Positions 39,425 to 49,609 of a DNA stretch of 64,000 nt are shown one piece after another. The notes below the pieces were generated by a model. The model searched no databases. It was not told where the DNA came from and saw only the letters and a program-made list of their open reading frames with translations. Source of the stretch: Nitrospirota bacterium (GTDB lineage Bacteria > Nitrospirota > Nitrospiria > Nitrospirales > NS-4); NCBI GenBank assembly GCA_963788195.1, contig CAWBGA010000017.1:416001-480000 (forward strand), read 5' to 3'. Position 1 is the stretch's first letter; each line of letters opens with the position of its first letter. The position numbers and the translations under genes were made by a program.

Positions 39425-41405
39425 TCAGCAACACGGTCCGGCCGGAATCTTGATGCTGCCGTCGTCGCGTGCCGTTTCACTTGTGGTGAACGGTTTCTTT
39501 TGGATCAAGAATCCGTACCACTTTCCGACCGAGTCCATCAAGACGACGACAGCTAGGACCGCGACAAGGCCAACCAAGCCGGCGTCGAGATAGTACGAGA
39601 ATCCTTCGCTACCGACCGAGTCCTGAGCCTTTCCCGCGAAGAACAGAAACAACTCGTAAGATCCCGCCAGGGTAATCACTCCGACGAACACCATGGGGGC
39701 GGCGGTCACCCACAGATACCGGGCCTTGCCCATCTTGATCAGCACGGTGGTGCCGACACACAGCGCAAGCATCCCTAGGAGCTGATTCGCCGCGCCGAAC
39801 ATGGGCCAGATCGTGGAGATAGTCCCCGTCGACAGCAGATACCCCCAGCCGCCCACCACGGCGAGGCTTGCGCCGATGACGCCCGGCTTCCAATTGAGGT
39901 CTTTGAGCGGCGGATAGACCATTCCTCCCATCTCTTGCGTCAGATAGCGGGCAACTCGAGTGCCGGCATCGATGGTGGTCAGGATAAAGAGTGCTTCGAA
40001 TAAGAGCGCGAACTGGTACCAATAAGCCATCAATCCTGCCATCCCCGGCAACGCCGAGAGAATCTTGGCCATCCCCACAGCCAAAGACACCGCCCCGCCA
40101 GGGCGACCTATGATCTCCTGCTCGACCAACTGCGAGAGCTCTTGAATCTGCGCAATGGGATACCCCAGCGCGGCCAATGCCTCGGACGATAAGGTGGTGT
40201 TTATCGCAAAGTAGTCCCCCGGCAACAAAATCGAGGCAGCAATTAAGGCTATCACGCCCACGAAACTCTCCATGAGCATCGCGCCGTATCCGACCATTGC
40301 GTGGGATTCCCGGTCAATCATCTTCGGAGTAGTCCCGGACGCCACCAAGGCATGAAATCCAGAGATCGCTCCGCAAGCGATGGTGATGAAGACGAAGGGA
40401 AAGATCGGTCCCGGAATAATCGGTCCCCCGCCGGCGATGAACGCAGTCACTCGCGGCAATTCAATCGTAGGCGCGATGATAATCACGCCGCACGCCAGAA
40501 GCAGGACAACGCCCACCTTCATGAAACTCGACAGATAATCCCGTGGGACCAACAGCATCCATCCCGGCAACACGGAAGCGAAGAACCCATAGCCCGCGAG
40601 CAGCCAGACGAGGGTGTCGCGCTCAAAATCAAACCAGGATGCGACTGAGGAATGCATGATGCCGCGGCCTGCGACGATTGCGGCCACGAGCAGCGCGACC
40701 CCAATGGCGGACATCTCACCGACACGCCCGGGCCGCCAATATTGAAGATACCACCCCATTGCGACGGCAATCGGAATCGTCAAGCCCAGGGTAAACGTTC
40801 CCCACGGATTATGGGAAAGTGCATTGACGACAGCAACCCCCAGGCCGGCCAACGCGACGATCACAATAAAGAGGACGGCGATCGCAGTCGCGGTGCCCGT
40901 GATCGATCCAATCTCGTCACGCGCGATCTGGGGAAGCGACCGACCATGGCGCCGCATGGAGGCCACAAGAATCACAAAGTCTTGCACCGCCCCGGCAAGA
41001 ACAGCGCCAATGACCAGCCACAAGAATCCAGGAAGGAAGCCGAACTGCGCCGCGAGGACGGGACCAAGCAACGGTCCGGCGCCCGCGATCGCGGCAAAAT
41101 GATGGCCGAACAGCACCCACCGGTTGGTCGGTGTGAAGTTGGCGCCGTCCGGAGACCAGGTGCGCCGGGGTCAGCCGGCGGTCATCTAATTGCAACACTT
41201 TTCGCGCGAGGAACCGACCATAAAAGCGGTAGGCCAAGGCATAGAAACAAGCGGACGCGACGACCAGCCACAGGCCGTTGACTTTTTCTTCGGGTCGCAG
41301 GACTCCGGTCACCACTCCAAAGGCAATCGCGCAGAGCACAGCCAGCAGTAACCATCCCACCCTGGCCACAAATAAGGGGCGCTTTCTGGCGCTGTCCCGG
41401 TTCAA
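39425..41405 (-). CDS. cstA: Carbon starvation CstA-family transporter (frameshift ~41155)
   Basis: [57 protein letters not shown]. Confidence 0.93.
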
Positions 41406-42148
41406 AGACCCGTCGCCTCCTCCTGGACGATCTTTGTCAACTCAAGAAGTCGATCCGCCCAGATCCACGGAGACCCCTCGTCTTCATGCTTGAGAAAGAC
41501 GAAACAGTCCTGACCGGTTTCGGCCGCTTCCTGAATCCACCGCGCCCATTCACGCAATCTCGCATCATCGTAGGCGCTTCGCCGCAACCGGGCGTAACGA
41601 AAGTCCCCTGTGTCGCGGCACTCAGCGGGAACCTCATCTGTCTCTGCGGCCACCCATGCGATCCGATGCCGTCGCAGCACTTCTTCGACCTCCGCAACAT
41701 TCCAAGAAGGATGTCGAAACTCCATGGCCCATCGGAGACCTTCAGGAAGCCCCGATAGGAACGCTTCAAGGCGCCCGTCGTCCCGAGGAAGGTTGGGCGG
41801 CAACTGCAAAAGAATCGGGCCGAGACGCCCGGCTGCCGCCAGCGACGCGAGCCGCTCGACCATGAAACGGACGGATTCAATCGCCTCGGGTTTGAGGCGC
41901 CGCAAATGCGTGATCTGACGATGCGCTTTCGTCGCGAAGAGAAAGCCTTCTGGCGTGTGCGCGATCCAGGCGCCAACCATTCCCTCGGATGGCATCCGGT
42001 ACCACGTCCCGTCCAGTTCGACGCTATCGTACCGTCGCGCGTAGTAGCTGAGGAACTCGGTTGGTTTTAAATCTTCGGGATAGAACCGGCCCACGCCTTG
42101 CCAAGGTCTGTAGGAATACCCGGACAGCCCAATGCGAGTCTCTGCCAT
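41402..42148 (-). CDS. DUF72 (YecE-like) protein
   Basis: IGLSGYSY..W...FYP, VELDGTWYRMP, ITHLRRL, LLQLPP, EFRHPSW. Confidence 0.9.
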   Translation of the reverse strand: MAETRIGLSGYSYRPWQGVGRFYPEDLKPTEFLSYYARRYDSVELDGTWYRMPSEGMVGAWIAHTPEGFLFATKAHRQITHLRRLKPEAIESVRFMVERLASLAAAGRLGPILLQLPPNLPRDDGRLEAFLSGLPEGLRWAMEFRHPSWNVAEVEEVLRRHRIAWVAAETDEVPAECRDTGDFRYARLRRSAYDDARLREWARWIQEAAETGQDCFVFLKHEDEGSPWIWADRLLELTKIVQEEATGL

Positions 42149-42153
42149 GTTCT

Positions 42154-43155
42154 TCAGCCGGGCGGCCGACCGCAAGGATCGGGTTGATAGACGCGGCGGT
42201 TCTCAATCGCGAGCGCTGCAAGCCCAAACACGATCCATACGATCTCTCTGACGCGTCGCACGATCGCAAAGGCCACCGCAACTCCCTCGGAATAGCCGAA
42301 CGCCACGAGCAGAACCAGGGTGCCTGCCTCCTGCCCGCCAACACTGCCTGGAATGAAGGCGGTGCCTCCCTTCACAAAAACCAATAGCGCGGCGACGGAA
42401 AAGGCCGTCAACACATCGATTGGCTGCGCCAGGAAGTACAGGATAAAATAAACCTCCACGGATTCAACCACCCAGCCTAAGAAGAAAAGAACAAAGGCCC
42501 AGGCGAACCCTCTTTTATCCTGAGAATAAAAACGGCTGATCGCCTCATCCAGTGCCAGGAGCTTATGCTCCCGCTTCCTGAGCCATTTGACCCTTATGCC
42601 CGAAGCCTCGAGTAGTCGGAGTACTCCCACGAAAAGACCTCGGCGTTGAAGCGCCAGGAATAGGGCAGCACCGAATCCCAACATGCCCAAACCGACGCAG
42701 GCGGCCAAGACAACTTCGCTCGATCGGTTCAGAATCGCAAGCCCCAGCCCAATCCCCATCAGGATGAAAAGGACCTGCGCGAGCGTCATGACTGTCTTCG
42801 AGGTCACAACGGAGGCAAGACCGTCCACGAGCGGGACATTGTAGCGGCTCAGGAGGTACGCCTTCATGGGCTCTCCTCCGAGATATGCGGCCGGCGTGGT
42901 GAAATTCACGGCTTCACCGGCCATGCGGATCAGGAAGAGACGATCAAATGGAATTTTCTTGGCATGACGGCCCAACGTGACCCGCCATCCGAGAGCCTCC
43001 AGCAGGTACATCGCGACCGACGGCAAGAGCACCCACACAATACCGGTTCCGAGCTTTTGTAGTTCTGCTACCAGAGTCGGAATGCCGATGTGGAAAAGCA
43101 GCCACGTTAAAACCGCGGCTCCAAGAAGCAGCAGAACGGCCGTCAGCCGCGTCAT
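42154..43155 (-). CDS. Lysylphosphatidylglycerol-synthase TM/flippase-like (UPF0104/HpnL-like) membrane protein
   Basis: GEAVNFTTPAAYLGGEPMKAYLL, FIPGSVGGQEAG, IVRRVRE; start overlaps the upstream stop (TGATG). Confidence 0.85.
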   Translation of the reverse strand: MTRLTAVLLLLGAAVLTWLLFHIGIPTLVAELQKLGTGIVWVLLPSVAMYLLEALGWRVTLGRHAKKIPFDRLFLIRMAGEAVNFTTPAAYLGGEPMKAYLLSRYNVPLVDGLASVVTSKTVMTLAQVLFILMGIGLGLAILNRSSEVVLAACVGLGMLGFGAALFLALQRRGLFVGVLRLLEASGIRVKWLRKREHKLLALDEAISRFYSQDKRGFAWAFVLFFLGWVVESVEVYFILYFLAQPIDVLTAFSVAALLVFVKGGTAFIPGSVGGQEAGTLVLLVAFGYSEGVAVAFAIVRRVREIVWIVFGLAALAIENRRVYQPDPCGRPPG

Positions 43156-44537
43156 CAGCCTCGCCCGGGAAGGGGCGAACGGAGCTGCCAGGCGAGATAC
43201 GGCCAGAAAATGTTGGATCCGATTGCGGCCAGAGCCAGGAACCATGGAAGATGGCCGATGAGCGCGAATGCGAGGATGAGGACGGAGAAGTCTCTGCTCA
43301 CGAGACGATTAAAGATCACATCGATCCTGTGACGTTGAGATTCATTCATGTGTTTGCGTTTTCGACCGACGCTTTGCACAATTTGGAAAGCCGCGAGATT
43401 ACCGATGATCGCCATCGCACCCAACACCAGGGCCCAGTCACCCCATGCTGTGTGAGAAGCGCCCCAGGCAATTCCAGCAAAAAGCGCGATGTGGACGAGA
43501 TTGTCGAGAATGATATCCAGTTGTGCACCAAACGGTGATTCCAGAAATTTGAGCCGAGCAACCTCACCGTCACAGCAGTCGAGGATGGCGGAAAGCTGAA
43601 ACAACAGGGCGCCAAGAATTCCCGTAAGGTAACTGCCGACTGCGAACGCGCCGGCGGCAAGGAGGCCGACCGCCGTCGCCAAGACGGTTATGGCATTCGG
43701 GGACAATGACGTCTGCAACAGCCATCGTGTCAACCAGGAAGAACATTTACGGTTGAAATAGCGATCGACAAAGCCGTCGTGCGGGCCCTTCAGCGTTCTC
43801 AACAATGTCCATTCGGCGCTGGCAATTGACTCGCTGTCGGCGGTGGACCGGGCACTAGTCGTTCGGACTTCTTCATACCAGTCATCCGCCAGCGGAAGCA
43901 CCTTCACCAGGCCGTGACGCACCCCTCGATCAAGCGCCGACTGCAAGGGGTACGGATGATCCTCCGTACCTGCCCAGCCGGCGGTCATGAAGCCTTCGGG
44001 AATCGCGACGACATCAACCGTCAACCCTGAAGACATCTCGGGGACGGACCGTACAGGGGCTTCCACCATCAGGGCGCCATCTAGGTTTGACGGACGATTG
44101 AGATGCAGCCCCGCCTCCCCCATCTGTCCGTTCAACGGCTTGCGCATCACAACGACGGCAGTCCCAGGTTGGGCGTGTTCCCTCATGCGGCCAATGAGGG
44201 CGGCCGAAAAGATTGCCCCGGTACCGGCCACGATGTAGCCGTTCCCGATGATGCTTGAGAGGATCTCCCACGTGCGGTGATCGCTGGGAGGAAATTCTCG
44301 GACAGGAAGCCATCGCACTTCGGCCGTCACGCGCCGATCTCCCTGCAGTTGTTCACGCAGGGCATGGGTGAGGTCCCCTGCAAGGATCATGAAATGAGTG
44401 ATGCCGGCTCGCTGGAGGGTGAGGAAGGTCCGCTGAAATAAAGACAGCCCTCCGACCATCGTCAGCGGACTGGGCAACCCGTGCTCCGCCGGATGTTCAA
44501 AGACCGCGGCGGTAGTCAGAATTAACGCACGATCCAT
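43155..44537 (-). CDS. CDP-alcohol phosphotransferase with N-terminal nucleotidyltransferase-like domain
   Basis: DGFVDRYFNRK, SPNAIT, LDCCDGEVARLKFLESPFGAQLDIILD signature; N-terminus ALILT...PLTMVGGLSLFQR. Confidence 0.87.
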   Translation of the reverse strand: MDRALILTTAAVFEHPAEHGLPSPLTMVGGLSLFQRTFLTLQRAGITHFMILAGDLTHALREQLQGDRRVTAEVRWLPVREFPPSDHRTWEILSSIIGNGYIVAGTGAIFSAALIGRMREHAQPGTAVVVMRKPLNGQMGEAGLHLNRPSNLDGALMVEAPVRSVPEMSSGLTVDVVAIPEGFMTAGWAGTEDHPYPLQSALDRGVRHGLVKVLPLADDWYEEVRTTSARSTADSESIASAEWTLLRTLKGPHDGFVDRYFNRKCSSWLTRWLLQTSLSPNAITVLATAVGLLAAGAFAVGSYLTGILGALLFQLSAILDCCDGEVARLKFLESPFGAQLDIILDNLVHIALFAGIAWGASHTAWGDWALVLGAMAIIGNLAAFQIVQSVGRKRKHMNESQRHRIDVIFNRLVSRDFSVLILAFALIGHLPWFLALAAIGSNIFWPYLAWQLRSPLPGRG

Positions 44538-44571
44538 GGATCATATGCCGGTCTACATGTCGCAGTTAAGC

Positions 44572-45832
44572 TCATGCGCCGGTGTTCACCTCAGGCTTGG
44601 CCTCTATTGTCGCCCCTTCGGGAGTCTTCCCGGCCGCCTGTAAGGCCTCGGCTGCAGCCGCTTCGGCTTCAGCTCGCTCACGCTCCTCTCGGTCTTTACG
44701 ATCCTGTTGCAAGCGGTCCATCTCCGCGGCCCTTTCGACTCCATAGTTTCTGGGCTTCAGGAAGGACCGCTTCGAATGCCTTCAGGAAGCCCTCGATCTG
44801 AGCGTCACTGAGCGCTCCCATATTTGCCACACGAAAGACGCTCTCTGCAAGCTGAGCCTGACCCGCATAGATCACATACCCACGCTCCCGCAATAGATCG
44901 TGCAGGTGATCGTAGTAGACGCCCTCCGGGAGCTTAAATGCGGTCAATGTGCCTGACCACAGGGGCTCGCGAAGATAAAACTTTATCCGCATTGCCCGCA
45001 TGTAGTTGCGAATCGTGCGGGCCGCGTTTCGATAGCGGGCAATCCGCTTTGCCACGCCCTCTTCCAGCAGCTCATCCAGGGCTTCGTTAAACGCATAATA
45101 CAGCTGTACCGCAGGCGTAAAAGGAATGGAGCCTTCCTCCTGTGCCTTGTAGTAGATCGGCAGGTGCAGATACACGGAGCGCCGCTCATAGTTGACCATC
45201 TGTTCCATAAGATCCCGTCTGACAATGACGAAGCCGACGCCAGGAAAGCCCTGGATACACTTGCCTGACGAGCCGGCGATCAACCCGATATTATAGGCAT
45301 TAAAATCGATCTCCTCGCCGCCCAGACTGCTCACGCCGTCGACCAGAAGATAGCGACCCATCTTTTTTGCGACCGCGCCGATTTCTTTGACCGGGTTGAG
45401 CATGCCGGTGGAGGTCTCATGATGAACAACGGCGATCGCCTGGATCGCCGCATTTTGGCGCAGCGCCACTGCCACGGGTGCAACATCGAAGCGCTGGTCC
45501 CACTCCCCGGACAGGTCGGCGGTCTGGATTTTGTGCGCGGCGGCCATCTGCGAGATTCGGTGAGAATAGACGCCGTTCTTGATCACCATGAGACGACGGC
45601 CCGGCGCAATGCTCGACGTCACGACAGCCTCTACGGCGGCGGTTCCTGATCCCGTGATAAGCAGCGCGACATATTCCGAGGTGTAATTCGCGGCGAAGGC
45701 GCGGAGCAGTTTCTCGCGAATACCGTCCAACAAGTCGGTGAACTCAGATTCGCGATGACAGATATCGGGCCGCATTAACGCTTGGCGCACACGCTCAGAG
45801 ACATTCACCGGCCCGGGGTTGAGTAAGATCAC
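44572..45832 (-). CDS. 2-aminoethylphosphonate aminotransferase-like (class V PLP; PhnW/AepZ family)
   Basis: GTG 45832 ILLNPGP, GSGTAAVEA, VHHETSTGMLNP, DGVSSLGGE, KCIQGFPG, GYVIYAG; stop is 44696 as read, 44572 if a one-base insertion near 44730 is corrected. Confidence 0.85.
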
Positions 45833-46421
45833 GATATCCCTCCCACAGCGGCTTTTCGAAACCGCTCTGTGATCGCGGGGGGCTCGATGCCAACCCGTCC
45901 CACGTCGTCCGCCAATTCCGACACTTTTACGAGCAAAAAGCTCGGCCCATCCTCTTTCAACATCACACCTGCCTCGTAGATAAGATCCTCCAACTCTCGC
46001 ACGCGCTGCGACGTTCCGATAGCCGGCGGCTTTGGCCACCTGGTCCAAACGGAACAACTTGTGAAATCGTCGGCTGGTTGCCAGTGCTTCCATAGACTTC
46101 GTTATCGAACACGATATGGACCAAATTCTTGGGTCTCAACGCTCCGATTGTTGCGAGCGTCCCCATACCCATCAGGACATTGCCGTCGCCGTCAAAGATG
46201 AGGACTTTCCGTCGAGGTTGCGCCAACGCCACACCAAGGCCGATCGCCGGCGCAACACCCATCGAGCCGATCATATAAAAATTCTCCGGCCGATCTCGGA
46301 TGGCATATGCCTCACGTGAAGCAAATCCGTTGCAGACGACCACTAGCTCGTCGCTGAGCAATTCCAGCACGGCACCGATCGCCCGGCTTCGGCTGGTCAG
46401 CACCCCCTCTTCCGGCCTCAC
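45829..46421 (-). CDS. Phosphonopyruvate/sulfopyruvate decarboxylase beta subunit (ThDP-binding), apparent frameshifts ~46055 and ~46000
   Basis: NGFASRE, NFYMIGSMG, DGDGNVLM, FDNEVYGSTGNQPT; tail GRVGIEPPAITERFR ends at TGA overlapping the next GTG. Confidence 0.85.
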
Positions 46422-46906
46422 GCCACGACACCCTTCACAATCAGCAACGCCACCGGTATCCGTTGTTGATTAAAGACCTGCGCCGCCCAATTCAGATCCT
46501 CCTTGCAGCGCTCCGCCGACAGGGTGCGATGGGGAATACGGACAAGGTCCAACAGCTTAGTTAACACTTGGCCCATGACAAGATGCTCAGGTGCGTCTTT
46601 CCCATCATGCCCGCGCCAGGAGATCATCAAGAGGCAGGGCTGCAGATAGATGAGATTGAGCGAGATGAGAGCGTTCAGTGACGTCCCGAGCCCCGAATTC
46701 TGCATCAAGACCACGGGAGCCCTACCACCCATAAATGCTCCCGCCGCCATGGCCACGGCTTCATCTTCGCGGACGGCCGGGACATACCGCCTCCGTTCAA
46801 CTAGCGCCGCAATTATTCCGCTGAGCGTTGAGTCGGGCACGCCCGTGAAGAAGTCGAAGCCGACATCTTCCAAATCCGCGACAACGGTTTTTGCTGGAAT
46901 TGGCAT
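46418..46906 (-). CDS. Phosphonopyruvate/sulfopyruvate decarboxylase alpha subunit
   Basis: FFTGVPDSTL, REDEAVAMAAG, MQNSGLG, SWRGHDGKDAPEHLVMG. Confidence 0.88.
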   Translation of the reverse strand: MPIPAKTVVADLEDVGFDFFTGVPDSTLSGIIAALVERRRYVPAVREDEAVAMAAGAFMGGRAPVVLMQNSGLGTSLNALISLNLIYLQPCLLMISWRGHDGKDAPEHLVMGQVLTKLLDLVRIPHRTLSAERCKEDLNWAAQVFNQQRIPVALLIVKGVVA

Positions 46907-47018
46907 AAGACGAGCTGGTGATTATAGCCAAGGCAGGAGCACGATCTCAAGGCGCGTCTAGAATGCCCTCATGACCTTCCGGAGACACGAGTGCTGAGGG
47001 GGAGATGTTAGGACCTTC

Positions 47019-47624
47019 TTAAGGCTTGAGGAAATGCTCTGCGCCCCGACGTCGGCCGGTATGCCGTTGTGAGCGGCTTCTCCACAACAGCAGGCCTGCC
47101 AAGCCTGACGCCATCAGAACCAACGTGGTCGGCTCCGGGTTAACAATCGTCGACGAGCTAACATTCGTAAATGAAACCACGAGATCATTGTAGTCCTGGT
47201 CGCCGCCGCCGAAGAGGTCTTCGAACCCTACGAGGCTCTGGTTCAGACCAACCGCGGTGTCCACAGTCGCGTGTGCGCTATTGTCTAGATTTCGAGATGC
47301 GGCCCCGTTAAAGAAGGTATCAGCCGTATACAGCACGTGAATCCCGAGGATTAACTCGGTTCCCGCTGCGAAAGTTCCGAGGCTTATTGAGGTTCCGGGA
47401 GAGCTCGCGTGGTTGTTGAAAATCACCGCCAGAGTGTTACCGGGAGTCTGAAGAAATAGTTCGCTCGTGTAGGCCGCACTGCTGCCCACAAAAGTTGCTA
47501 TTACCTCGCCTGTGTTGGCCACAAAGGTAGATCCACCTACGACCGGAACTGCCCACGTCAGAACCGGCGTAATAAGCACAGCCAATACGGCAGCAAGCAC
47601 ACATGATGACCTTCTGGCTTTCAT
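47019..47624 (-). CDS. PEP-CTERM-type surface protein with DUF4114-like motif
   Basis: Signal peptide; GFEDLFGGGDQDYNDLVV; NPEPTTLVLMASGLAGLLLWRSR sorting signal. Confidence 0.87.
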   Translation of the reverse strand: MKARRSSCVLAAVLAVLITPVLTWAVPVVGGSTFVANTGEVIATFVGSSAAYTSELFLQTPGNTLAVIFNNHASSPGTSISLGTFAAGTELILGIHVLYTADTFFNGAASRNLDNSAHATVDTAVGLNQSLVGFEDLFGGGDQDYNDLVVSFTNVSSSTIVNPEPTTLVLMASGLAGLLLWRSRSQRHTGRRRGAEHFLKP

Positions 47625-47693
47625 GCATTGTTCTCCATCGCATTGTCCTCCATTGGAGTGAATTCCGGTTTACGCCGCCGTTGCTGTATTCTT

Positions 47694-47787
47694 AGCATGT
47701 TTAATGCCAGGACATAAGTAATTGAAAAGGAATGCTCTTTTTATGTCGAAAAAAATCGATAGTCCAATAATGTCAAAATTCCTGACG
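47694..47787 (-). promoter_or_regulatory. Sigma54 promoter with two upstream palindromic enhancer-like sites for the PEP-CTERM gene
   Basis: Minus strand TGGCATTAAACATGCT (GG-N10-GC, 47709-47694); tgtcgaaaaaaatcgata (47744-47761) and tgtcaaaattcctgacg (47771-47787) in an AT-rich tract. Confidence 0.65.
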
Positions 47788-48210
47788 CTACTTTCGTGGG
47801 TAGGATAATATGTAAAAACACAAAGTATTGCAGTTTTTTCAAGTAAATCCTGGCTGTTGGAGTGTAACCTTTGCGAACGCGAAAAAGATTTCACTGGTGG
47901 CGAAGTATATCCTCTGTCGGATTTCTTGCAACGCTTCTTTAGAGTGGTGAGCTTACTGGGGAGGGGAGTTGTGCGTACGAGTTCCTATGAAAGCAGTGCC
48001 TGCTACCGGGTCTGCCGATGATTTCGCTCGAATAGACTTTCTCGGTCCACATGCTATAAGCGCGATTCGGATCCATAGATCAATGACTGTTTCCACTTTT
48101 GAGGCCGGAATTCCCTCAATATAGGGATTGAGTGTGCGCTTGGGTTTTCGTGAAGATAATTAGGCTGATTTCTCGATATTCTTCCACTGATCACCAATAG
48201 GAGGCGTTGA

Positions 48211-48879
48211 ATGAAAACAGGGGAGACGATTATGCTGACCGGTGCCTTATTTATCGCAGCCGCCCTCATGGCGGCGCCTACGCAACTCTTCGCTGCGACC
48301 ACCGCCGAAAAGGCTGGAGAAAAGGCTGAAAAGGCGGCGGATCGAGCTGAAAAAGCCGCAGATCGGGCTGAAGATGCTTCCAAGGCGACCCCCAAGGATG
48401 ACAAGACCAGCACCACCAAGGAACCGATCACTGACTCCTGGCTGACCGCGAAAACCAAGATCGCTCTCGTCGCGGATGCCCGTGTCAAAGGAAGACAGAT
48501 CAATGTAGAGACGAAAAAGGGCGTTGTCATGCTCCGAGGCAAGGTTGATACCGACGAGGCGAAGACTGCCGCGGAAGAAACCGCCAAGGGAATTGACGGT
48601 GTCAAGAGTGTGAAGAATGAACTTCAAGTCGTCGCCCCTGCAAAACGCGAGGCCGTTGAGGAGAAGGATGATATCATCACGGACCGCGTCAAGCGTGAGA
48701 TCAACAAGGACGCTAAATTGAAAAAGGCGAATATCGATGTGAAGACCAACGCGGGAGTCGTCTCCCTGAGCGGTGAAGTCCCGGACATTACCACCAGCGC
48801 CAAAGCCTCGTGGACCGCATGGAAAGTCGTGGGCGTGAAATCCGTGAAAAATGACCTCAGCATCAAGAACAAGAACTAG
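48211..48879 (+). CDS. Secreted double BON-domain protein (OsmY-like)
   Basis: AGGAGG RBS, signal peptide, AEKAADR repeats, DSWLTAKTKIAL..INVET..GVVMLRG..GVKSVKNEL, then a second similar domain. Confidence 0.92.
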   Translation: MKTGETIMLTGALFIAAALMAAPTQLFAATTAEKAGEKAEKAADRAEKAADRAEDASKATPKDDKTSTTKEPITDSWLTAKTKIALVADARVKGRQINVETKKGVVMLRGKVDTDEAKTAAEETAKGIDGVKSVKNELQVVAPAKREAVEEKDDIITDRVKREINKDAKLKKANIDVKTNAGVVSLSGEVPDITTSAKASWTAWKVVGVKSVKNDLSIKNKN

Positions 48880-48898
48880 CGGGTTGAAAGGACTTCTC

Positions 48899-49609
48899 AT
48901 GCGATCAAAAAGTTTTTTTTCAACATGCACGAAAGGTGCGCTTGCGCTCAGCGTTGCGATTATGGCGGCGGGGTGCGCGATCGAAACCTCGCCGGGCTCG
49001 TCAAAAGGGCCGGAGTCACGGCCGACGGCAGGGCCGGCGGGGGCGCCTACCCCTCGCCAATTGGACCCTCAGCAGCAAGAGCGGTTAAAGGCTGTGATGA
49101 TCCCGCTGCTTCAAAAAATGAATAAGCCAATCCCCCCGAATCAAGTCCGCATTGGTCTGCTGGATGATCCGAATATCAATGCAGCCAATGCGGGCGGCGG
49201 AGAATTCTATGTGACGACCGGACTCCTACAGAAAGCCAATGATGAGCAACTCGCAGGGGTCATGGCTCATGAGGTCGCCCATGCGGATCTGGGCCATGTG
49301 ACGAAGCTGCAAACTATTGGGGCGGGCGTGAACATTGCCACGGTTTTACTTGATGCGTTGGGCGTGCCGGGCGCCGGGCTTGTACCGGTAGCCGGCGATC
49401 TCCTTGTGGCTCGGCCCTATAGCCGGGACGCGGAGTACGCTGCGGACCGTCACGGCGTCGAATTACTACAACGGACCGGCCGGGACGGCAAACAGATCAT
49501 GGCGAACACATTAGGATGGCTCATGCAGACTGCAGGATCAGGGGGAGGGGGATTCTTCGCCACGCATCCCGGCACCGAAGATCGCATACAGAAAATTCAG
49601 TCGTTGTGA
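48899..49609 (+). CDS. M48-family metallopeptidase lipoprotein
   Basis: AAGC lipobox, INAA, LAGVMAHEVAH, YSRDAEYAAD, FATHP. Confidence 0.9.
   Translation: MRSKSFFSTCTKGALALSVAIMAAGCAIETSPGSSKGPESRPTAGPAGAPTPRQLDPQQQERLKAVMIPLLQKMNKPIPPNQVRIGLLDDPNINAANAGGGEFYVTTGLLQKANDEQLAGVMAHEVAHADLGHVTKLQTIGAGVNIATVLLDALGVPGAGLVPVAGDLLVARPYSRDAEYAADRHGVELLQRTGRDGKQIMANTLGWLMQTAGSGGGGFFATHPGTEDRIQKIQSL

Noticed and set aside
39380..39430. Selenocysteine readthrough at the cstA TGA after Cys-Cys
   Set aside because: No evident SECIS-like hairpin after the TGA, and yajQ starts 42 bp later
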